Shown: positions 60,075 through 64,000 of the stretch, piece by piece
Numbering within the stretch: the first letter of the stretch is position 1
Layout: each line of letters opens with the position of its first letter
NCBI GenBank assembly: GCA_963734495.1
Contig: CAVTHK010000011.1
Span: 224,001 to 288,000 of the forward strand
DNA from: an uncultured Spirochaetota bacterium
GTDB taxonomy: Bacteria > Spirochaetota > Spirochaetia > SZUA-6 > CAVTHK01
Length of the DNA: 64,000 nt
Direction: 5' to 3'
The notes under the pieces: model-generated
Told to the model about the DNA's origin: nothing
Database searches by the model: none
Seen by the model: only the letters and a program-made list of their open reading frames with translations
Translations under genes and position numbers: made by a program

Positions 60075-60986
60075 GTGAGCAGCCTGTCGTCCGCAAGACC
60101 CGAAGAGACCGTCGGCCCCGTTCGCGCCCCGCGGCCCGAGCGGCTGGCGAGCAAGAGCCGCAACGAGGCGATCGTCGCGGCCTTCTCCTACGTGGCCATC
60201 CTGCTGCTCGCCTTCGCCTTCGTGCTTCCGTTCGCCTGGCAGGTCAGCAGCGCGCTCAAGGCCCCCGAGGAGATCTTTGCGCTCCCGATCCAGTGGATAC
60301 CCAGGCACCCGGGTCTGCAGAACTTCTCGGAGGCCTGGAAGGCCAACCCTCTCGGCCGCTACACGATCAACACCGCTCGCCTGACGCTCCTGTCCCTGGT
60401 GGGTCACATCCTCGTGAGCTCGTTCATCGGGTACGGGTTCGCCAAGCGCCGCTTCCCGGGCCGCGAGGTGCTGTTCATGATCCTGCTCGCGACGATGATG
60501 GTGCCGTTCCACGTCAAGGCGGTGCCTCTGTACATCATCTTCAAGAAGCTGGGCTGGATCGATTCGCTCAAGCCCCTCGTGATCCCGGCCTACTTCGGCG
60601 GCGACGCCGTGTTCATCTTTCTGTTCCGCCAGTTCTTCCGCAGCATCCCCAACGACCTGGACGAAGCCGCCGAGATCGACGGCTGCAATCCGATCTACAT
60701 CTACTGGCGGATCATCTTCCCGCTGTCGAAACCCGTCATCGCGACCGTCGCCATCTTCTCTTTCATGGGCTCCTGGAACGAGCTGTGGGGCCCGCTGATC
60801 TACCTGAACACGCGGGAAAAATACACGCTCTCGATCGGCCTGCGGTATTTCCTCGGCGAATACACCATCGAGTATCACCTCTTCATGGCCGCGTCGCTCA
60901 TCGCCGTGATCCCCTGCGTGGCGATCTTCTTCGTGTTTCAGCGCTACTTCGTGAAAGGAGTCGTCCTGTCCGGCCTCAAAGGATGA
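60075..60986 (+). CDS. Sugar ABC permease (MalG-like)
   Basis: FRQFFRSIPNDLDEAAEIDG, FQRYFVKGVVLSGLKG. Confidence 0.93.
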   Translation: MSSLSSARPEETVGPVRAPRPERLASKSRNEAIVAAFSYVAILLLAFAFVLPFAWQVSSALKAPEEIFALPIQWIPRHPGLQNFSEAWKANPLGRYTINTARLTLLSLVGHILVSSFIGYGFAKRRFPGREVLFMILLATMMVPFHVKAVPLYIIFKKLGWIDSLKPLVIPAYFGGDAVFIFLFRQFFRSIPNDLDEAAEIDGCNPIYIYWRIIFPLSKPVIATVAIFSFMGSWNELWGPLIYLNTREKYTLSIGLRYFLGEYTIEYHLFMAASLIAVIPCVAIFFVFQRYFVKGVVLSGLKG

Positions 60987-61102
60987 TAGCCGGGTGCGAG
61001 CGACGGAGAGGAGGGACCGTCGAGAGGGGAAAAAAGGACCGTGATCGTCAACGCCGGCTCGCCGGCGAGACTCGAAAGAGGATCGTTCAAGGAGGTAGGA
61101 AC

Positions 61103-62362
61103 ATGAAGAAAGGCCTTTTGTTGCTGGCACTCGCGCTGTGCGTGCTGTGGGCCGCGCCGCTGTTCGCCAGCCCGCAGTCCGAGCCCGCGACGGGCTCCAA
61201 GGTGGTCGCGCCCGCGAAGATCCAGCTCTGGTGGTTCGGCGGCGCTGTCCGCGAGCCGACCATGAAGAAGATCGTCGACAAGTTCAAGGAAAAGAACCCC
61301 AAGATCGACGTCACCATGCAGATGTTCACCGGATGGGACGACCTGCATCAGAAGAGCCTGCTCGCGATCGCGGGCGGAGACCCGCCCGACATCACGCTCG
61401 TCAAGCCGATCAACCTCGGCGACCTCGCGGATCGCGGGAGCCTCCTCGCGCTGGACCCCTACATCCAGAGGGACAAGATCGACACCAAGCGGTGGTTCGA
61501 CGTGGTCGCCACCTACGACTCGATGTGGAACAAGAAGTACTACGCGCTGCCGTGGAACATGGCGGCCTACGTGCTTCTGTACAACAGGGACCGGTTCACC
61601 GAGGCGGGGCTCGCCCCGGACAACCCGCCGAAGACGTGGAACGAGCTGCTCGAGTACGCGAGGAAGATGACGAACAAGGACAAGTGGGGACTGCTCGCGC
61701 CCTCCGGCGTCAACGGGTTCCTGATGTTCCTCAAGCAGAACGGCGGCGAGTACATGAGCGAGGACTTGACCAGGTCCTACATCACCGAGAAGCCGGGCCA
61801 GGAGGCGCTGCAGTTCCTCGTGGATCTCGTGCACAAGCACAAGGTGTCCCCCGTTCCCGGAACGACCGACACCGTCGATCTCTACAACGGGAAGATCGCG
61901 ATGTGGTACGACCACAACGGATCGCTGCCGAACTTCGCGAAGTTCGCGCCCAAGCTCAACCTCGCGTCGGCCATGAACCCCAAGAAGCTCAACGGGGTCA
62001 CCATCGAGATGTCGACCGTCATGAGCATCTTCAAGGAGAGCCGCTACCCGGACCAGTCGTGGGAGCTGCTCAAGTGGATGTGCTACGACGACGACATGCA
62101 GATGCTGTGGGCGGTGGAGATCGGACACCTGCCCGCGGTCAAGGCGCTGGTCGATCGACCGCCGTTCACGACGGAGCCCAAGTGGCTCGGCTTCCAGCAG
62201 CAGGTCAAGAGCGAGATGTGGGCGAGGCCCGTGTCGCTGCGGCAGCTCGAGATGTACAACACCCTGGACTCGGAGACCCAGGCCGCGATGCTCGGCAAGA
62301 AGACCGTCGAAAAGGCGCTCGCCGACGCGCAGGCGAGGATCCTGGAGTTCATGAAGAAGTAG
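61103..62362 (+). CDS. Sugar ABC substrate-binding protein
   Basis: MKKGLLLLAL signal; FKEKNPKI, GGDPPDI, YALPW, LYNRDRF, PPKTWNEL; AAGGAGG RBS. Confidence 0.92.
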   Translation: MKKGLLLLALALCVLWAAPLFASPQSEPATGSKVVAPAKIQLWWFGGAVREPTMKKIVDKFKEKNPKIDVTMQMFTGWDDLHQKSLLAIAGGDPPDITLVKPINLGDLADRGSLLALDPYIQRDKIDTKRWFDVVATYDSMWNKKYYALPWNMAAYVLLYNRDRFTEAGLAPDNPPKTWNELLEYARKMTNKDKWGLLAPSGVNGFLMFLKQNGGEYMSEDLTRSYITEKPGQEALQFLVDLVHKHKVSPVPGTTDTVDLYNGKIAMWYDHNGSLPNFAKFAPKLNLASAMNPKKLNGVTIEMSTVMSIFKESRYPDQSWELLKWMCYDDDMQMLWAVEIGHLPAVKALVDRPPFTTEPKWLGFQQQVKSEMWARPVSLRQLEMYNTLDSETQAAMLGKKTVEKALADAQARILEFMKK

Positions 62363-63668
62363 GGCGCCCCGAGCGCGGCGCAGCACGACGAGGGGACGGG
62401 CAGCCGTCCCCTCTTTTTGTCACCGCGCGCGGCGGCCGGGCGGCGATCTCGTCGAAGAACCGGATGCAGGCGAGCAGCGCGCGGGGGACGTGGAAGCAGC
62501 CCTTCCACTTCCCGCCCTTCTGCGTCGTCGACGCGTCTCCCGCCCGGTGGAGGTACCCGAACCACTCGCCGTACCCGGGGTCGTCGAAACGGGCCCAGAC
62601 GTAGTCGTCCACGCGCCGGAACCAGTCCCAGAAGACGGCGCGGCCGGTCACCTTGTACGCGAGCAGGAACGCGCAGAGCGCCTCGGCGTGCACCCACCAG
62701 AGCTTCATGTCCCACTCGAGCTTTTCGGGAGGCAGCCCTTCAGAGTCCATATAGTAGTAGAACCCGCCGAACGTCCGGTCCCAGCCGCGCTCCGCGGTCC
62801 AGAGCATCGCCTCGGTCGCGAGGTCGATGAGCTGCTGCCGGTCGCTCCGCCCCGCGTCGCCCTCGACGGCCCTCAGGATGAACCACAGCACCTCGAGCGC
62901 GTGGCCGGGGGTGAGCAGGCGCCCTTCCATGCAATCGGGGTGCGATCCGTCGGCGAACACGCGCTCGAACACCGCCTTCCGCTCGCGGTCGATGTGCAGC
63001 CTGGTCACCTGGGAGATGGCGTCGTCGAGAAACCGCCTCTTGAGCGCCGGCTCGACGAGGTCGCCCATCTCCTCGGCGAGCCACACCTGGATCATCGGGA
63101 AGGCCATGGCCTTGATCGGCCGGTTCGCGCCGATCTGCTTGGTGTAGCGGCCCTTGGGGTTGTCCCTGCGCTCCTGGATCCTGCGGTAGGTGGCGACCGC
63201 GATCTCGCTGGCCTCCCCGTCCCCGGTGGCGCGGGCGTACTCCGCGAAGCCCGCGGCCGCGAAGCAGTCGGCAAAGATGTTGTACGCCTGCACGAGAGGC
63301 TTGCCGGCCCGATCGAGGGCGAAATACCAGTCGCCCGCCCCGTCGCGGCCGTGGCGCTTCATGAAATCGACGCCCGAGCGGGCGTACTCGAGCCAGGTCG
63401 GGTCCTGCTTCCACGTGTTGTAGAGCTCCGAGAGCATCCAGACGCCGCGGCCCTGCATCCACACGAACTTGTCGGCGTCGAACACCCGGCCGTCGCGCTC
63501 GAGGCAGGTCCAGTATCCGCCGTGCTCGCGGTCGAGCGAATGGGCGAGCCAGAAAGGGATCACGCTTTCCTCGAGATTGCGCCTGTATTTCTCGCGGAGC
63601 CTGGCGATGTCGGCGGGGGACGGCGGAGAAGCGGGAGCCGGCGGGCCGGCCGCGGGGACCTGGTTCAT
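62349..63668 (-). CDS. AGE family N-acylglucosamine 2-epimerase
   Basis: IPFW..HSLDREHGGY, KFVWMQGR, PGHALE, KLWWVHAE, GEWFGYL, KGGKWKGCFHVPR. Confidence 0.9.
   Translation of the reverse strand: MNQVPAAGPPAPASPPSPADIARLREKYRRNLEESVIPFWLAHSLDREHGGYWTCLERDGRVFDADKFVWMQGRGVWMLSELYNTWKQDPTWLEYARSGVDFMKRHGRDGAGDWYFALDRAGKPLVQAYNIFADCFAAAGFAEYARATGDGEASEIAVATYRRIQERRDNPKGRYTKQIGANRPIKAMAFPMIQVWLAEEMGDLVEPALKRRFLDDAISQVTRLHIDRERKAVFERVFADGSHPDCMEGRLLTPGHALEVLWFILRAVEGDAGRSDRQQLIDLATEAMLWTAERGWDRTFGGFYYYMDSEGLPPEKLEWDMKLWWVHAEALCAFLLAYKVTGRAVFWDWFRRVDDYVWARFDDPGYGEWFGYLHRAGDASTTQKGGKWKGCFHVPRALLACIRFFDEIAARPPRAVTKRGDGCPSPRRAAPRSGRPTSS
62390..62418 (+). terminator. Rho-independent terminator
   Basis: GAGGGGACGG-GCAG-CCGTCCCCTC-TTTTT. 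Confidence 0.8.
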
Positions 63669-63718
63669 TCTAGTTCTCCTTGACTCGACCTTGAGGGACG
63701 CGACTCACTGTCGGGCGC

Positions 63719-64000
63719 CTACTTGATGGCGCCCGCGGTCATCCCGCGGATGAAGTAGCGGGACATGAACAGGTAGAGCGCGAGCATCGGGAGGATCGCG
63801 ATCGAGAGGCCCGTGAAGAGCAGGCTCCAGTTGGTGCTGTACTGCCCGAAGAACGTGGTCAGCCCCACCGGGAGCGTCTTGAGGCGATCGCTCTGCAGGA
63901 ACACGAGGGGGAAGAAGAAGTCGTTCCACAGGGGGACGGCGTTGTAGATCGTCACCAGCGCGATCGCGGGTGCGGCCACGGGCATGATGATGCGCCGGTA
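63719..64000 (-). CDS. Sugar ABC permease (MalG-like), partial at window edge
   Basis: WNDFFFPL, TLPVGL, GMTAGAIK. Confidence 0.88.
   Translation of the reverse strand, partial: YRRIIMPVAAPAIALVTIYNAVPLWNDFFFPLVFLQSDRLKTLPVGLTTFFGQYSTNWSLLFTGLSIAILPMLALYLFMSRYFIRGMTAGAIK

Noticed and set aside
62349-62420. Functional overlap of the AGE C-terminus with the SBP gene and terminator
   Set aside because: The tail is low-complexity read-through across the hairpin. A one-base shift would give a TGA near 62420, so it is likely an error or a neutral extension.

Overview
A high-GC bacterial genomic window dominated by carbohydrate and solute uptake and catabolism. The signal-peptide style of the binding proteins (e.g. 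...FGSGQPAKE, ...WAEGKAEQ, ...FAGPQKEQ) suggests a free-living Spirochaetia; this is inference only. It holds seven ABC importer clusters (six CUT1 sugar-type, one Opp/family-5), none with its own ATPase. It also holds a tatC-tatB-tatA operon directly upstream of a twin-arginine binding protein, a sulfatase/DUF4434/AAC(3)-like operon, and a GntR locus with one GH127, two divergent GH127-like paralogs, a split transketolase and an atypical transaldolase. A decayed, apparently lower-GC segment carries an IS remnant and two DUF1593 genes. Further right are a UbiE/UbiA quinone-type cluster, an archaeal-type GH57 alpha-galactosidase-like gene and an acid-sugar dehydratase/aldolase region. The most striking feature is at 13093-20001: a family-5 binding protein followed by four tandem, tightly packed QueG/reductive-dehalogenase-like (cobamide + 2x[4Fe-4S]) paralogs, a U32-family Fe-S protein and an FmdB zinc-ribbon protein. 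This is a candidate undescribed anaerobic B12/Fe-S redox pathway. Many genes in 1-8.7 kb and 40-58 kb are broken by single-base indels, most likely sequencing or consensus errors. No rRNA, tRNA or CRISPR array was recognised.
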